Numbered from the stretch's first letter, positions 9,439 to 22,115 are shown. The stretch is 64,000 nt of DNA from an uncultured Trueperaceae bacterium (GCA_963727505.1 CAVSGP010000004.1:352001-416000); one strand, 5' to 3'. Numbers and translations are program-made. The notes: generated from the sequence alone by a model not told the origin.

Positions 9439-10299
9439 GTGCTAGTCCTCCAGGTCCTCACCAACGGCATCCTGCTGGGCGGCCTCTACGCCGTCGTCGC
9501 GCTCGGGCTCGCCCTGGTGTGGGGCGTGCTGGACATCATCAACCTCGCCCACGGCGCCTTCATCATGCTGGGCGGCTACCTCGCCTACTACCTGTTCACC
9601 GGACTCGGTCTCGACCCCTTCGCGGCCCTGCCGCTCGTGATGGCGGCGATGTTCGTCTTCGGTTATCTGATCCAGTGGGGGCTGCTCAACTTCCTGGTCC
9701 GCGCCCCCATGTTCAACATGCTGCTCGTCACCTTCGGCATCGACGTGGTGCTGACCTATCTTGCGCAACTCCTGTTCTCGGCCGACCTGCGGACCATCCG
9801 CCCCGCCTACGCCGGGAGCAACTTCCAGTTCCTGGGCGTCACCATCCCCTGGGCCAACCTGATGGCGTTCGTGGTAGCGATGCTGCTCACCGGCCTGCTG
9901 GCGCTGTTCCTGCAACGCCAGCGCTGGGGACGTGCCATCCGCGCCACCGCCCAGAACCTCGGGGCGGCGCGACTGCACGGCGTCCCTCCCCGCTTCGCCT
10001 ACGCCTTGACGTTCGGCATCGGTGCCGCGCTGGCCGGCGGCGCAGGCACGCTCTACGGTGTCGTCGCCCAGCTCACGCCCTACGTCGGGGTCCCCTTGAC
10101 GGCCAAGTCCTTCGCGATCGCCATCATCGGCGGCCTGGACAACCCGCTCGGCGTCATCGTCGGCGGCATGGTGCTGGGCTTGGCCGAAGCGTTCGGCAGC
10201 CTGTGGCTGGGCCCGACCTACCGTGACGCGGTGAGCCTGGGCCTGCTGGTGCTGGTGCTCATCGTGCGCCCCACCGGCATCCTGGGGAGGGCGGCATGA
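9439..10299 (+). CDS. livH: BCAA ABC permease (LivH-like)
   Basis: GLALVWGVLDIINLAHG, GRAIRATAQN, IIGGL. Confidence 0.88.
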   Translation: MLVLQVLTNGILLGGLYAVVALGLALVWGVLDIINLAHGAFIMLGGYLAYYLFTGLGLDPFAALPLVMAAMFVFGYLIQWGLLNFLVRAPMFNMLLVTFGIDVVLTYLAQLLFSADLRTIRPAYAGSNFQFLGVTIPWANLMAFVVAMLLTGLLALFLQRQRWGRAIRATAQNLGAARLHGVPPRFAYALTFGIGAALAGGAGTLYGVVAQLTPYVGVPLTAKSFAIAIIGGLDNPLGVIVGGMVLGLAEAFGSLWLGPTYRDAVSLGLLVLVLIVRPTGILGRAA

Positions 10300-11243
10300 A
10301 GGCCCTCCCCTGGGTCCTGTCGCTGGTGGCTGTCGCGGCGCTCGCCCTGGTCCCCTTCACGCTCTCCCCGGTGATCGTGCAGTTCGGCATCAGCACGCTG
10401 CTGCTGGCCGTGCTGGCGCAGGGGTGGAACATCATCGGCGGCTTCACCGGCTACGCCTCGTTCGGCAACTCGGTGTTCTACGGCCTCGGTACCTACGGCA
10501 CGGCGGTCGCCATGGTGCAGCTCCATCTGCCGTTCTGGCTGGGGCTGGCGATCGGGGCCGTGGTGGCAGTCGCGTTCGCGCTGCTGCTCGGCCTGCCCGT
10601 GTTGCGCCTGCGAGGCCACTACTTCGCCATCACCACCCTCGCCCTGTCCGAGGCGGTTGCCGCCATCATCTCCAACCTCGACATCGCGGGACGCAACACC
10701 GGCCTGATCCTGCCGCTCATCCGTGGGGACACCATGTTCTACGAGCTCAGCCTGGGGCTGATGGTGCTGGCCACCCTGACCGTGCTGTGGCTGTCGCGCA
10801 GCCGCTTCGGGTTCGGGTTGATCGCCATTCGCGAACGTGAGGACGCTGCCGAGGTCATGGGGATCCCGACGACCCTCTACAAGACGCTCGCCTTCGGGCT
10901 GGCGGCCCTGTTCAGCGCCCTGGCCGGGGGCATCCACGCCTACTGGATCACGTTCATCGACCCCGCCAGCGCCTTCGACATCTCGCTCAACGTGCGCATG
11001 ATCATCATGGCGGTCTTCGGCGGCGCCGGCACCGTCATCGGCCCGGTCGTCGGCGCCCTCCTGCTGTCGGGCGTGTCGGAGGTGCTGGCCTCCTACATCA
11101 CCGGCGTCGCCAGCCTGTTCTTCGGGCTCGTCATCATCGCAGCGGTGGTGTTCACGCCGCGCGGGGTCATCGACGCCATCCGCCGCCTTCCCAGCCGCGG
11201 CCTGGCGACGTTCCTCGACTCGGTCCGGGGGACCCGGCTGTGA
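10296..11243 (+). CDS. livM: BCAA ABC permease (LivM-like)
   Basis: WNIIGGFTGYASFG, LRLRGHYFAITTLA, AIREREDAA. Confidence 0.88.
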   Translation: MKALPWVLSLVAVAALALVPFTLSPVIVQFGISTLLLAVLAQGWNIIGGFTGYASFGNSVFYGLGTYGTAVAMVQLHLPFWLGLAIGAVVAVAFALLLGLPVLRLRGHYFAITTLALSEAVAAIISNLDIAGRNTGLILPLIRGDTMFYELSLGLMVLATLTVLWLSRSRFGFGLIAIREREDAAEVMGIPTTLYKTLAFGLAALFSALAGGIHAYWITFIDPASAFDISLNVRMIIMAVFGGAGTVIGPVVGALLLSGVSEVLASYITGVASLFFGLVIIAAVVFTPRGVIDAIRRLPSRGLATFLDSVRGTRL

Positions 11244-11983
11244 CGGTGCAGCCCGGCGCCCTCTTCGAGGCGCGCCATGTCACCAAGCGCTACGGCGGCC
11301 TCGTGGCTGTGTCGGACGTGTCCTTCCGCCACGCAGAGGGCGAGATCCTGGGCCTCATCGGCCCCAACGGCGCCGGCAAGACGACCCTCATCAACCTGAT
11401 CAGCGGCACGCAGGAACCCACCAGCGGAGCGCTGCTGTTCGAAGGACGTTCCCTGCGGGGGGTCCCCCCCTACCGCCGCGCCCACCTGGGCATCGGCCGC
11501 ACCTTCCAGATCATGAAGCCGTTCCCCGGCCTGAGCGTCCTCGACAACGTCACCGCCGGCGCTCTCTTCGGCCGCCGGCCGGAACGCGCCATGGCCTCGG
11601 CACGCGCCGCGGCAGCTCACTGGCTGGAGTTCGTGGGGCTCGGCGACAAGCTCGACCAACCCGCCGACGCCCTCGGCGGACCCGACCGCAAGCGTCTGGA
11701 GCTGGCCAAGGCCCTGGCGCTGAAACCCCGGCTGCTGTTGCTCGACGAGGTGATGGCCGGGCTCAACACGGTGGAGATCGACGAAGTGGTCGACCTCATC
11801 CGCCGCATCCGTGACAGCGGCACCACCATCCTGGTCATCGAGCACGTGGTGAAGGCCATCCGCCAGCTCTCGGACCGGCTGCTGGTGCTGCAGTACGGTC
11901 AGCTCATCGCCGAAGGCACGGCCGAGGACGTGCTCGACGATCCCAAGGTGATCGAAGCGTACCTGGGCAGGAGGCGGCACTAG
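11240..11983 (+). CDS. livG: BCAA ABC ATP-binding protein (LivG-like)
   Basis: GPNGAGKTT, GIGRTFQ, LLLLDEVMAGL, VIEAYLG. Confidence 0.9.
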   Translation: MTVQPGALFEARHVTKRYGGLVAVSDVSFRHAEGEILGLIGPNGAGKTTLINLISGTQEPTSGALLFEGRSLRGVPPYRRAHLGIGRTFQIMKPFPGLSVLDNVTAGALFGRRPERAMASARAAAAHWLEFVGLGDKLDQPADALGGPDRKRLELAKALALKPRLLLLDEVMAGLNTVEIDEVVDLIRRIRDSGTTILVIEHVVKAIRQLSDRLLVLQYGQLIAEGTAEDVLDDPKVIEAYLGRRRH

Positions 11984-12691
11984 ATGGCGCTTCTGGAGGT
12001 CTCCGGCCTGAGCGCGGGCTACGGCGACGCGGTGGTCTTGCACGACCTGGAGCTGCGCGTGGAGGAGGGCGAGATCGTCGCCGTCGTCGGCAGCAACGGC
12101 GCCGGCAAGACGACGCTGCTGCGCGCCCTGTCCGGCGTGATCCCCAGCCGCGGCGAGGTCCGCTTCGCCGACCGGCCGGCGTCGTCGATCAGCCCCGACG
12201 AGGCGTTCGGCCGCGGCCTGGTGCAGGTCCCCGAAGGGCGTCAACTGTTCGACCGCATGACGGTGGAGGACAACCTGCGGATGGGCGCGTTCCGACGGCG
12301 CGACGCCGCGGCGGTGCGGCGCGACTTCGAGCGGATGTACGAGCTCTTCCCCGTCCTGGCCGAGCGGCGGCGCCAGCTCGCCGGCGACATGTCGGGCGGG
12401 GAGCAGCAGATGTGCGCCATGGCGCGCGGACTGATGGCGGCGCCCCGCCTGCTGATGGTCGACGAGATGAGCCTGGGCCTGGCGCCGGTGATCGTGGAGC
12501 GACTGCTGGAGGTGCTCGGCGACATCCACGAGCAAGGAGTCACGGTGCTGCTGGTCGAGCAGGACGTCAACAGCGCGCTCTCCATCGCGCATCGCGGCTA
12601 CGTACTCGAGCACGGGAAAGTGGCCCTGACGGGAAACGCGGACAGCCTGCTCGACGACCCGCGCGTCAAGGAGGCGTACCTCGGCTTGTGA
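11984..12691 (+). CDS. livF: BCAA ABC ATP-binding protein (LivF-like)
   Basis: GSNGAGKTT, VPEGRQLF, MSGGEQQM, DEMSLGLAP. Confidence 0.9.
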   Translation: MALLEVSGLSAGYGDAVVLHDLELRVEEGEIVAVVGSNGAGKTTLLRALSGVIPSRGEVRFADRPASSISPDEAFGRGLVQVPEGRQLFDRMTVEDNLRMGAFRRRDAAAVRRDFERMYELFPVLAERRRQLAGDMSGGEQQMCAMARGLMAAPRLLMVDEMSLGLAPVIVERLLEVLGDIHEQGVTVLLVEQDVNSALSIAHRGYVLEHGKVALTGNADSLLDDPRVKEAYLGL

Positions 12692-12750
12692 AGCGTGCGT
12701 GTGTTGCGCACTGGTAGCATGTCGGCCGTGACCGACGCCGAGGATCTCCC

Positions 12751-13290
12751 GTGAGCCGCCCCCGCATCCTGGGCGGTAGCGCCAAGGGCCGCGAGCTCGA
12801 CGCTCCGCGCCGCGGAACGCGGCCGAGCCCGTCGCGGCTGCGTGAGGCGCTCTTCGACATCCTCGCGTTCGAAGAAGTAGGCCCCTTCCTCGATCTCTTC
12901 AGCGGCTCCGGCGCGGTCGGGCTGGAAGCCGCCAGCCGCGGCTGGGACGCCACCTGCGTCGATCTGTCGCGTGAGGCGGTCAGCGTCATCCGTCGCAACG
13001 CCGCCCGCGCCGCCCTGCAAGTCGAGGTGGTCCGGGGCGACGCATTGCGATTCGCGCGCGAGCACCGGGGCGCCTTCGGCGTGGTGTTCGCTGCACCGCC
13101 CTACGATCTGGAACTGACGCCCGTCTTCCAGGCGATCCTGGACGCAGGCACGGTACGGGCCGGCGGGCTCTACGTGTTCCAGCACCCCAGCCGGGAACCT
13201 CCGTCGCTCGAGCCCCAGGAAGGTCTGGAGGCGCGGCGCGAGAAGCGATACGGGACCAATGCCGTGACGTTGTTTCGCCGTTCGCGCTGA
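12751..13290 (+). CDS. rsmD: 16S rRNA (guanine966-N2)-methyltransferase RsmD-like
   Basis: RILGGSAKGR, TRPSPSRLREALF, LDLFSGSGAVGLEAASRG, APPY. Confidence 0.88.
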   Translation: MSRPRILGGSAKGRELDAPRRGTRPSPSRLREALFDILAFEEVGPFLDLFSGSGAVGLEAASRGWDATCVDLSREAVSVIRRNAARAALQVEVVRGDALRFAREHRGAFGVVFAAPPYDLELTPVFQAILDAGTVRAGGLYVFQHPSREPPSLEPQEGLEARREKRYGTNAVTLFRRSR

Positions 13291-13440
13291 GGCCCCCGCA
13301 GCACCCACGGAACGCCCCGGAACCCTGTCTCCGACTACCGGCAGGCCTGTGAGGGCGTGCTAGAGTAGCATGTTACCGTCGCGCCCGGAGACGGGTAAGG
13401 CACGAGTACCGCCCCGCCGGCGCGCGCTGGAAGGTCTTGA

Positions 13441-16203
<2,763 letters not shown>

Positions 16204-16230
<27 letters not shown>

Positions 16231-16426
16231 GAACGACAACGGGCAATGCATCCCCACCCGGCAATGCCCATTGCCATGGGAGGGCCGCCGCTTAGGAACG
16301 ACAACGGGCGATGCATCCCCCACCCGGCAATGCCCATTGCCATGGGCGGGCCGCAGCCTGACAGCAACCTCAGGCGGCGTCACGTTGCGCGGCAATGCCC
16401 ATTGCCACGGGAGGGCCGCAGCCTAG
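16204..16426 (+). repeat. Array of secA 3'-end repeats (27-nt core x4; 36-nt unit x3) with 29-30-nt spacers
   Basis: GGCAATGCCCATTGCCAYGGGMGGGCCGCMGCYTRR at 16260, 16326 and 16391; 27-nt core also at 16204 inside secA; period 65-66 nt. Confidence 0.92.
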
Positions 16427-16470
16427 GGGGACCGCCGGCGGCGCGCCCCGCGAATCCGCCTAGACTGTCC

Positions 16471-16497
16471 GCGGCCCGCCATCGAGCGGGCCGCTTC
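16471..16497 (+). terminator. Possible terminator hairpin after secA and the array
   Basis: GCGGCCCGC-CATCGA-GCGGGCCGC followed by TTC (weak U tract). Confidence 0.4.
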
Positions 16498-16568
16498 AAC
16501 GTGCTGCGGCCGCGGGGCCGGCGCCCGCCCGTCGGCCGACGCCCCTACTCTGCTAAGCTGAGCGCCGC

Positions 16569-17459
16569 ATGGACTTCGTCCGCAGCCTGCACGACCGCAT
16601 CCGCGCCACGGACTCGCGCGTCTGTCTCGGCATCGACCCGCGCCCCGCGCTGAGTCCGCTGACCGATCCGGCGCGGCTCGACGACGACGCCGAGCGCGTT
16701 GCCCACGCGGTCGAGGCGAGCTTCGCCGCCATCTTGCGTGCCAGCGCAGACGCCATCGCCTGCTGCAAGCCGCAGGTCGCCTTCTTCGAGGCCCTGGGCC
16801 TGCCGGGGCTGCGTGCGCTTGTCGGGCTGCTGCGTACGGCCCGCGAACTCGGGGTACCGGTGATCCTCGACGGCAAACGCGGCGATATCGGCAGCACCGC
16901 CGAGGCGTACGCGCACGCCTACCTGGCGAACGGCACGTTCGCTGCCGACGCCCTCACCGTCAATGCCTACCTGGGGCTCGACACCCTCGAACCCTTCCTC
17001 GACGCCGCACTGGAGCACGGCCGGGGGCTCTTCGTGGTACTCAAGACCTCGAACCCGGGCAGTGCCGACCTGCAGGACCTCGTCCTCGCCGACGGCCGCC
17101 TGCTCCACGAGGCCCTCGCCGACCGGCTAGCGGCACGGGCGAGCGACCTTCCCCGCGGTCCGGACGGCTACAGCGCTCTCGGCGTCGTGGTCGGCGCGAC
17201 CTATCCGGAGGCGCTGGCGGCACTGCGGAGTCGCGTCCCCGCCAGCGTCGTGCTGGTCCCCGGATACGGCGTCCAGGGCGGGCGAGCCGGGGACGTCGCC
17301 GCCGCCTTCGACGCCGACGGTCTCGGAGCCGTGGTGAGCGCCAGCAGGTCCCTCACCTACCTTCCAGCGACGAACGAGCAGGAGCTCGCTTCAGCCGCCC
17401 TGGCGGCCGTCCGGGAGATGCGCGACGCCATCAATCGCGCACTCGACGCGCGCGCCTGA
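16569..17459 (+). CDS. pyrF: Orotidine-5'-phosphate decarboxylase (type 2)
   Basis: CLGIDP, KPQVAFFE, DGKRGDIGST, KTSNPGS, VVGAT, VPGYGVQGG. Confidence 0.95.
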   Translation: MDFVRSLHDRIRATDSRVCLGIDPRPALSPLTDPARLDDDAERVAHAVEASFAAILRASADAIACCKPQVAFFEALGLPGLRALVGLLRTARELGVPVILDGKRGDIGSTAEAYAHAYLANGTFAADALTVNAYLGLDTLEPFLDAALEHGRGLFVVLKTSNPGSADLQDLVLADGRLLHEALADRLAARASDLPRGPDGYSALGVVVGATYPEALAALRSRVPASVVLVPGYGVQGGRAGDVAAAFDADGLGAVVSASRSLTYLPATNEQELASAALAAVREMRDAINRALDARA

Positions 17460-17486
17460 CGCACCTCGCGGCTCAGGAACCGCCCG

Positions 17487-18401
17487 TCAGGGCGTCTTCA
17501 TGTAGCTGAGGAAGCGTGTGGGCGACATGTTCGTCCGCAGCTTGGGGAGCAGCCCGAGGACGGTCCGGAACCCCACCTCCGGGCCATCGAACACCGCAGC
17601 GTAGCTGTCGAGGCTCTCGACCAGCGCCGTGCGGAACGCGAAGGTTTCGAGCTCCTTACCGGCCGCGACCTGCTTGGGCCAGCTCGCGACGCCGCCGGGA
17701 ACACTGCCCACCACGTACATGCGCGATTGGTTGGTCGCCAGGAAGAGCTGCGAGGCGTCCCGCTCAGGCGCCATCACGTAGCTGGAGATGTGCACGGCGC
17801 AGTCGCCCATGTGTTGCAACACCGGCTTCGGTCCGTTCGCCAGCGTGACGTCGTTCCTGGGGTGCAGCACGATGAGCCGCGGGTACACGGTCCAGTTCCA
17901 GATGATGGCCCAGAAGGCAATGCGCTTCGGATCGTTGGGGTCGGAGGCGAGCAGGGCGGCCGGGCGGATCGCCTGCGACACGCGATCGAGCGCCGTGCCA
18001 CCGTCGAGGAGAAGGTCGCTGACGCGCGCGGGCGCATGGACCGGGAAGGGCTTCACCTTGTACCAGCTCTGGAAGCGGTCGAGCATGGCCTGCCAGGTCT
18101 TGGCGTCGATGGGACCCGGCTTCCAGCTCCCGGGCAGCAACCGGCGTTCGGCCAGGTAGAGCACGTCGGCGTAGTGCGGAGCGTCCTTGGCGATCGGGAC
18201 GTCGTTCACGGCGACCATGCGGGGCAGGGCCGGCTCCACCAGGCGGACCGCCCGCTCCACCACCAGCGCCGCGTCGACCCCGGTCGCGGGCCGGTCGGTA
18301 CTCAGATCGGTGAGCGCGTCACGGAGCTCCGGGACGCAGATCGGGGCGGCGGCGGCCGAGGACACGAGAACCGCGAGGAGGAGGAGAAGGAAACGCCGCA
18401 T
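17487..18401 (-). CDS. Secreted hypothetical protein, possible degenerate SLH-like segment
   Basis: Signal peptide MRRFLLLLLAVLVSSAAAA; DVPIAKDAPHYADVLYL; leaderless TAGACT-N6-ATG. Confidence 0.7.
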   Translation of the reverse strand: MRRFLLLLLAVLVSSAAAAPICVPELRDALTDLSTDRPATGVDAALVVERAVRLVEPALPRMVAVNDVPIAKDAPHYADVLYLAERRLLPGSWKPGPIDAKTWQAMLDRFQSWYKVKPFPVHAPARVSDLLLDGGTALDRVSQAIRPAALLASDPNDPKRIAFWAIIWNWTVYPRLIVLHPRNDVTLANGPKPVLQHMGDCAVHISSYVMAPERDASQLFLATNQSRMYVVGSVPGGVASWPKQVAAGKELETFAFRTALVESLDSYAAVFDGPEVGFRTVLGLLPKLRTNMSPTRFLSYMKTP

Positions 18402-18469
18402 GGCCCGAGTCTATCGGGCCATGCGGCGTGCGTCATGTGAGGCACCGGCACATCCTGCGCCGGCGTAGC

Positions 18470-19297
18470 TCAGTAGGAGAGGTCGTACCGGCTCACGCCG
18501 GAAGAGCCCGCATATCCGTTGACGGACTGGACCATCAGGTAGTCCCCGGCCAGGACCGAGATGGTCGCGGAGTTCGAGGGGCTGTACGTGTTGATATAGT
18601 CACCGTTGCTGGCGTACAGCTCCGCCTCCAACGAGATCGCGCTCGACACCTTGGTGAAGGTCAGGTTACCTGTTGACGAGATGTGCCACCAGTCAACGTC
18701 ACCGAGCGTCTCGATCGCCCCGGAGTCCGGCGAACCGGAGTACAGCGGCACTGCCCCCGACCGCACATCGTTCCCGCTCTCGTAGGAATCCTGATAGTCG
18801 TAGCCGTAGGCGTACAAGTCAACGGTGGTGGACGAGCTACCCGTGTTCTCGATCCCAACATAGACGTGGCTCTCGCCGCTCATCGGCCAGATGACGCACG
18901 AGCCATGGCAGTTGTAGTTGACTCCGACGGCCTGCGGCGCAAGCCCTCCGGCCGCCGAGAGCGACGTCAGACCCACGGTGCCCGACGCGAAGAAGCCGGA
19001 GCTGTGGCTCGACGCCAGGGTGTGGTAGGTACTGTAGCTGATGAGGCTCAGGTTCAGGTTCGAGTCGAGCTCGACGTAGAGCAACGGGTGCGCCCTAACC
19101 GAGCTGGGGAGCGCGACGTCGAAGTAGACGGTCGAGTTCCCGGGCACGGTCACGTTCGGAGCGACCGGCGTCGTGTTGTCGGTGTTCGCCGTCGCCGGGT
19201 CTGGATTGGGAGGCGCACTGTAGGTGACGGTGATGGTACAAGCCGCCAGGACGCCTGCGAGCATGAGGAGCGCTGCGAAGAGTCCGAATCGTCTCAT
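18470..19297 (-). CDS. Ser/Thr/Tyr-rich lipoprotein with a C-terminal PPC-like domain
   Basis: Lipobox LAAC; DSYESGND...SGAIETLGDVDWWHI; RBS GGAGG. Confidence 0.7.
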   Translation of the reverse strand: MRRFGLFAALLMLAGVLAACTITVTYSAPPNPDPATANTDNTTPVAPNVTVPGNSTVYFDVALPSSVRAHPLLYVELDSNLNLSLISYSTYHTLASSHSSGFFASGTVGLTSLSAAGGLAPQAVGVNYNCHGSCVIWPMSGESHVYVGIENTGSSSTTVDLYAYGYDYQDSYESGNDVRSGAVPLYSGSPDSGAIETLGDVDWWHISSTGNLTFTKVSSAISLEAELYASNGDYINTYSPSNSATISVLAGDYLMVQSVNGYAGSSGVSRYDLSY

Positions 19298-19412
19298 GAT
19301 GGAGCCTCCTTGTCGCAGTGTAGCGAGCCCACACGGACCGCGGTTGCGAGCACCTTCACCCTTCACTCATGACGGGTCTGAAATGCCGCTCTGCACCGTC
19401 GCCTTCGCCCCC

Positions 19413-21017
19413 TCACTCCAGCGACATCAGGTAGGGATACAGGTCGGGCGCGCCGGCCAGCACCTCCAGCTCCAGCTCCGGGAAACGCTCGCGGATCGTC
19501 TCGGCCACGGCCTCGGCGCGCTCCTTGCCGAGCGACGCACTGTAGAACAGCGTGCCCAGCTCGTAGTCGTTCGCGCGCTCTTCGAGCAGCGCGAGTAGGC
19601 AGCCGTCGGCGTCCTCGTCGGCGACCTTGAGCTGGCCGTCGACGAGTCCGATGGAATCGCCCTGAGCGATGTCGACGTCCTCGATGGTGGCGCTGCGGCT
19701 GGCCGTCGTGATCTCGAGGGTGAGCGAGGCGTCCGCCGCCTCCTGCATGGCCTCGAGCAGCGGGCCGATGTCCTCACCCTCCTGGAACAGCACGGCGGCC
19801 GCCAGACCCTGGCCCAGCGTCCGCGTCGGAAGCACCTCGACGCGCTTCTCCGGGACCACCTCGCGCACCCGCTCGGCCGCCATGAGGATGTTCTTGTTGT
19901 TCGGCATCACGATGACGTCGGGCGCACCCACCGAACGCACTGCATCAGCGATGTCCTGCACGCTCGGGTTGTCACTCTGACCGCCGCCGACCACGCGCGC
20001 ACCGAAGCTGCGGAACACCCGCGTCACGCCGTAGCCGCTCGACACCGTCACCAGGCCCGTGCGGGGAGGCTCGGCCTCCTCCGGCTCCACGTTGGCCAGG
20101 ATCTCGTGGTGCTGCTCGCTCATGTCTTCGACCTTGGAGCGCACCATGGTGCCGTAGTGCGCGACGTCCGCCAGCAGCTTCTCGGGGTCCTCGGTGTGGA
20201 TGTGGCCCTTGACGAATCCCTCGGCGCCCACCACCAGCAGGGAGTCGCCGTAGGGCTCGACCAGCTTCTGGATCTCGCGCGTCGGTACCGTCACGTCAGA
20301 GAGGAGAAACTCGGTGCAGAAACCGAACTCCTCCTCACCGAACTGCTGTTGCGCCCGCACCGTCACCTCGGGCGGCGCCGGGAGGTCGAGCCCGTCGAAG
20401 TAGGCGAGGACCCCTTCGAGGACCCGCACGAAGCCCTTGCCGCCGGCATCCACCACCCCGGCCTGCTTGAGGATGGCAAGCTGGTCGGGGGTGCGCACCA
20501 GCGCTTCCTCGGCGGCCTGGAACGAGACGCGCAGCACCTCGAGCGGCGGGCGCGCCTCGACCTTGCGGGCCGACTCCGCGGCGGCCTTCACGACGCTCAG
20601 GATGGTGCCCTCCACCGGCTTCATGACCGCGTGGTAGGCGCTCTTGGTGCCGGCGCCGAGGGCGGCGGCGACGTCGCGTCCGCCGAGGCGCTTATGCTTC
20701 CGAGCCACTTCGCCGAAACCCTTGAGCACCTGCGACAGGATCACCCCGGAGTTGCCGCGAGCGCCGAGCAACGAGCCGTAGGCCAGGGCGTGCGCGAAAC
20801 CCTCCATGGTGCCCGGGTTCTCGTCGGTGAGCTGGCGCCGCACCGACTGCATGGTGAGGTGCATGTTGGTTCCGGTGTCGCCGTCCGGGACCGGGTAGAC
20901 GTTGAGGGCGTTGACCTCGTCCACGTACACACCGAGCCACTCGGTGGCGTAGCTGAAGGCGTGGCTGAGCTGCCGCGCCCCCAGCGTCTCGGGTTCCTTG
21001 GTCGCGACATCAGCCAC
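19413..21017 (-). CDS. fakA: DAK2-domain fatty acid kinase catalytic subunit (FakA/YloV)
   Basis: VNALNVYPVPDGDTGTNM, GARGNSGVILSQ, KPVEGTIL, VVDAGG, GFCTEF. Confidence 0.92.
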   Translation of the reverse strand: MADVATKEPETLGARQLSHAFSYATEWLGVYVDEVNALNVYPVPDGDTGTNMHLTMQSVRRQLTDENPGTMEGFAHALAYGSLLGARGNSGVILSQVLKGFGEVARKHKRLGGRDVAAALGAGTKSAYHAVMKPVEGTILSVVKAAAESARKVEARPPLEVLRVSFQAAEEALVRTPDQLAILKQAGVVDAGGKGFVRVLEGVLAYFDGLDLPAPPEVTVRAQQQFGEEEFGFCTEFLLSDVTVPTREIQKLVEPYGDSLLVVGAEGFVKGHIHTEDPEKLLADVAHYGTMVRSKVEDMSEQHHEILANVEPEEAEPPRTGLVTVSSGYGVTRVFRSFGARVVGGGQSDNPSVQDIADAVRSVGAPDVIVMPNNKNILMAAERVREVVPEKRVEVLPTRTLGQGLAAAVLFQEGEDIGPLLEAMQEAADASLTLEITTASRSATIEDVDIAQGDSIGLVDGQLKVADEDADGCLLALLEERANDYELGTLFYSASLGKERAEAVAETIRERFPELELEVLAGAPDLYPYLMSLE

Positions 21018-21411
21018 GACTGACCCCGTCCACGTGGACGCGTACGTCGTCGAGGGTGATCCCGGCGTACCGACGCGCGGCGTAGCGGGCGCGATCACGC
21101 ACGGATTCGGCGACGACCGGGATGTTGACGCCGTAGGCCACCACCACGTGGATATCGACGTTGGCGCGCGTCTCCCCCTTGGGGTGCTCGATGACCACGC
21201 CCTCGTCGACCTGGGACAGTCCGAGCACGCGGCGCAGGCCCTCGCCGATGTTGGCTGGCGCCATGCCGACCACGCCGGGGACCTCGTGCGCAGCCAGGCC
21301 GAGGATCGACGCCAGGGCGCCGTCCGAAACGTGGACCTGGTCGATCTCGCGCTCCTTGATCTTGCGCTTGGTGGGGCGGGGCGCGTCTTGCCCTGCCTTG
21401 CCTTCCTCCAT
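21010..21411 (-). CDS. Asp23/Gls24 envelope stress family protein (YloU-like)
   Basis: LAAHEVPGVVGM, HVVVAYGVNIP, VRVHVDGV; canonical position upstream of fakA. Confidence 0.9.
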   Translation of the reverse strand: MEEGKAGQDAPRPTKRKIKEREIDQVHVSDGALASILGLAAHEVPGVVGMAPANIGEGLRRVLGLSQVDEGVVIEHPKGETRANVDIHVVVAYGVNIPVVAESVRDRARYAARRYAGITLDDVRVHVDGVSRG

Positions 21412-21576
21412 GACACGTCCCTCCCGTTCACGCTCCGTCGCCTCGTGATCCGGCCCCGATCGTGCGGACCAGCGAGTCACGCGAGACTCTATCGCGTCGT
21501 CAGCGCATTCTAGCCCGTGCCGTGACGACGTCCCGTGGTGTCCCCCGCACGCCGAGCGTCGGCGCTGTCCGGCCGC

Positions 21577-21885
21577 TCATCCGTCGTCCCAGACGTCGAC
21601 CTCGATGCTCGACGTGCGCACGCTCAGCCCGCGCCCCTCGACGAAGGCCAGTGCCGAGCCCAGTGTCCTCTCGAGCCAGCTCGGGTCGGCGCTGATGGCG
21701 CTGACACCGATGCGCTCCCAGGCGTGCGCGTTCAGCCCCTCGAGCCGTGCGACCGACACCGGGAAGCGCGCCTTGAGGCGCTCGGTGATCGGAAGGATCA
21801 GGGATCGCTTCTCCTTGAGGCTGCGGACGCCGGGCGTTTCCAGGGTGACGAGCAGGACCCCTACGTACACGGGGTTGCCGGCCAC
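21577..21885 (-). CDS. DUF503 (YlxP-like) protein
   Basis: YVGVLLVTLETPGVRSLKEKRS, RFPVSVA. Confidence 0.85.
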   Translation of the reverse strand: MAGNPVYVGVLLVTLETPGVRSLKEKRSLILPITERLKARFPVSVARLEGLNAHAWERIGVSAISADPSWLERTLGSALAFVEGRGLSVRTSSIEVDVWDDG

Positions 21886-21890
21886 CGAAG

Positions 21891-22115
21891 CTACTCCATC
21901 CCGGCGAGGAAGCCGAGCCGCCGAAGTGCGCGGATCAGGTCCATCACCGTGACCTCGCCGGCGTCGTACTCCACCGCCACCTGCAGGTCGCTGCTGGCCT
22001 CGACGGCAAGCACGCCGCGAACCGAGCGCAGGGTCTCCTCGACGCGGGTGCGGCTGGCAGCGGTGTCCATGCCACGTACGCCCAGCAAGACGCGGGTCAC
22101 CTCGGGCTCAGCCAC
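21891..22115 (-). CDS. Small HMA-fold protein lacking the CxxC motif
   Basis: VRGMDTAASRTRVEETLRSVRGV...VAVEYD...LIRALRRLGF matches the HMA pattern; start approximate. Confidence 0.7.
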   Translation of the reverse strand: MAEPEVTRVLLGVRGMDTAASRTRVEETLRSVRGVLAVEASSDLQVAVEYDAGEVTVMDLIRALRRLGFLAGME

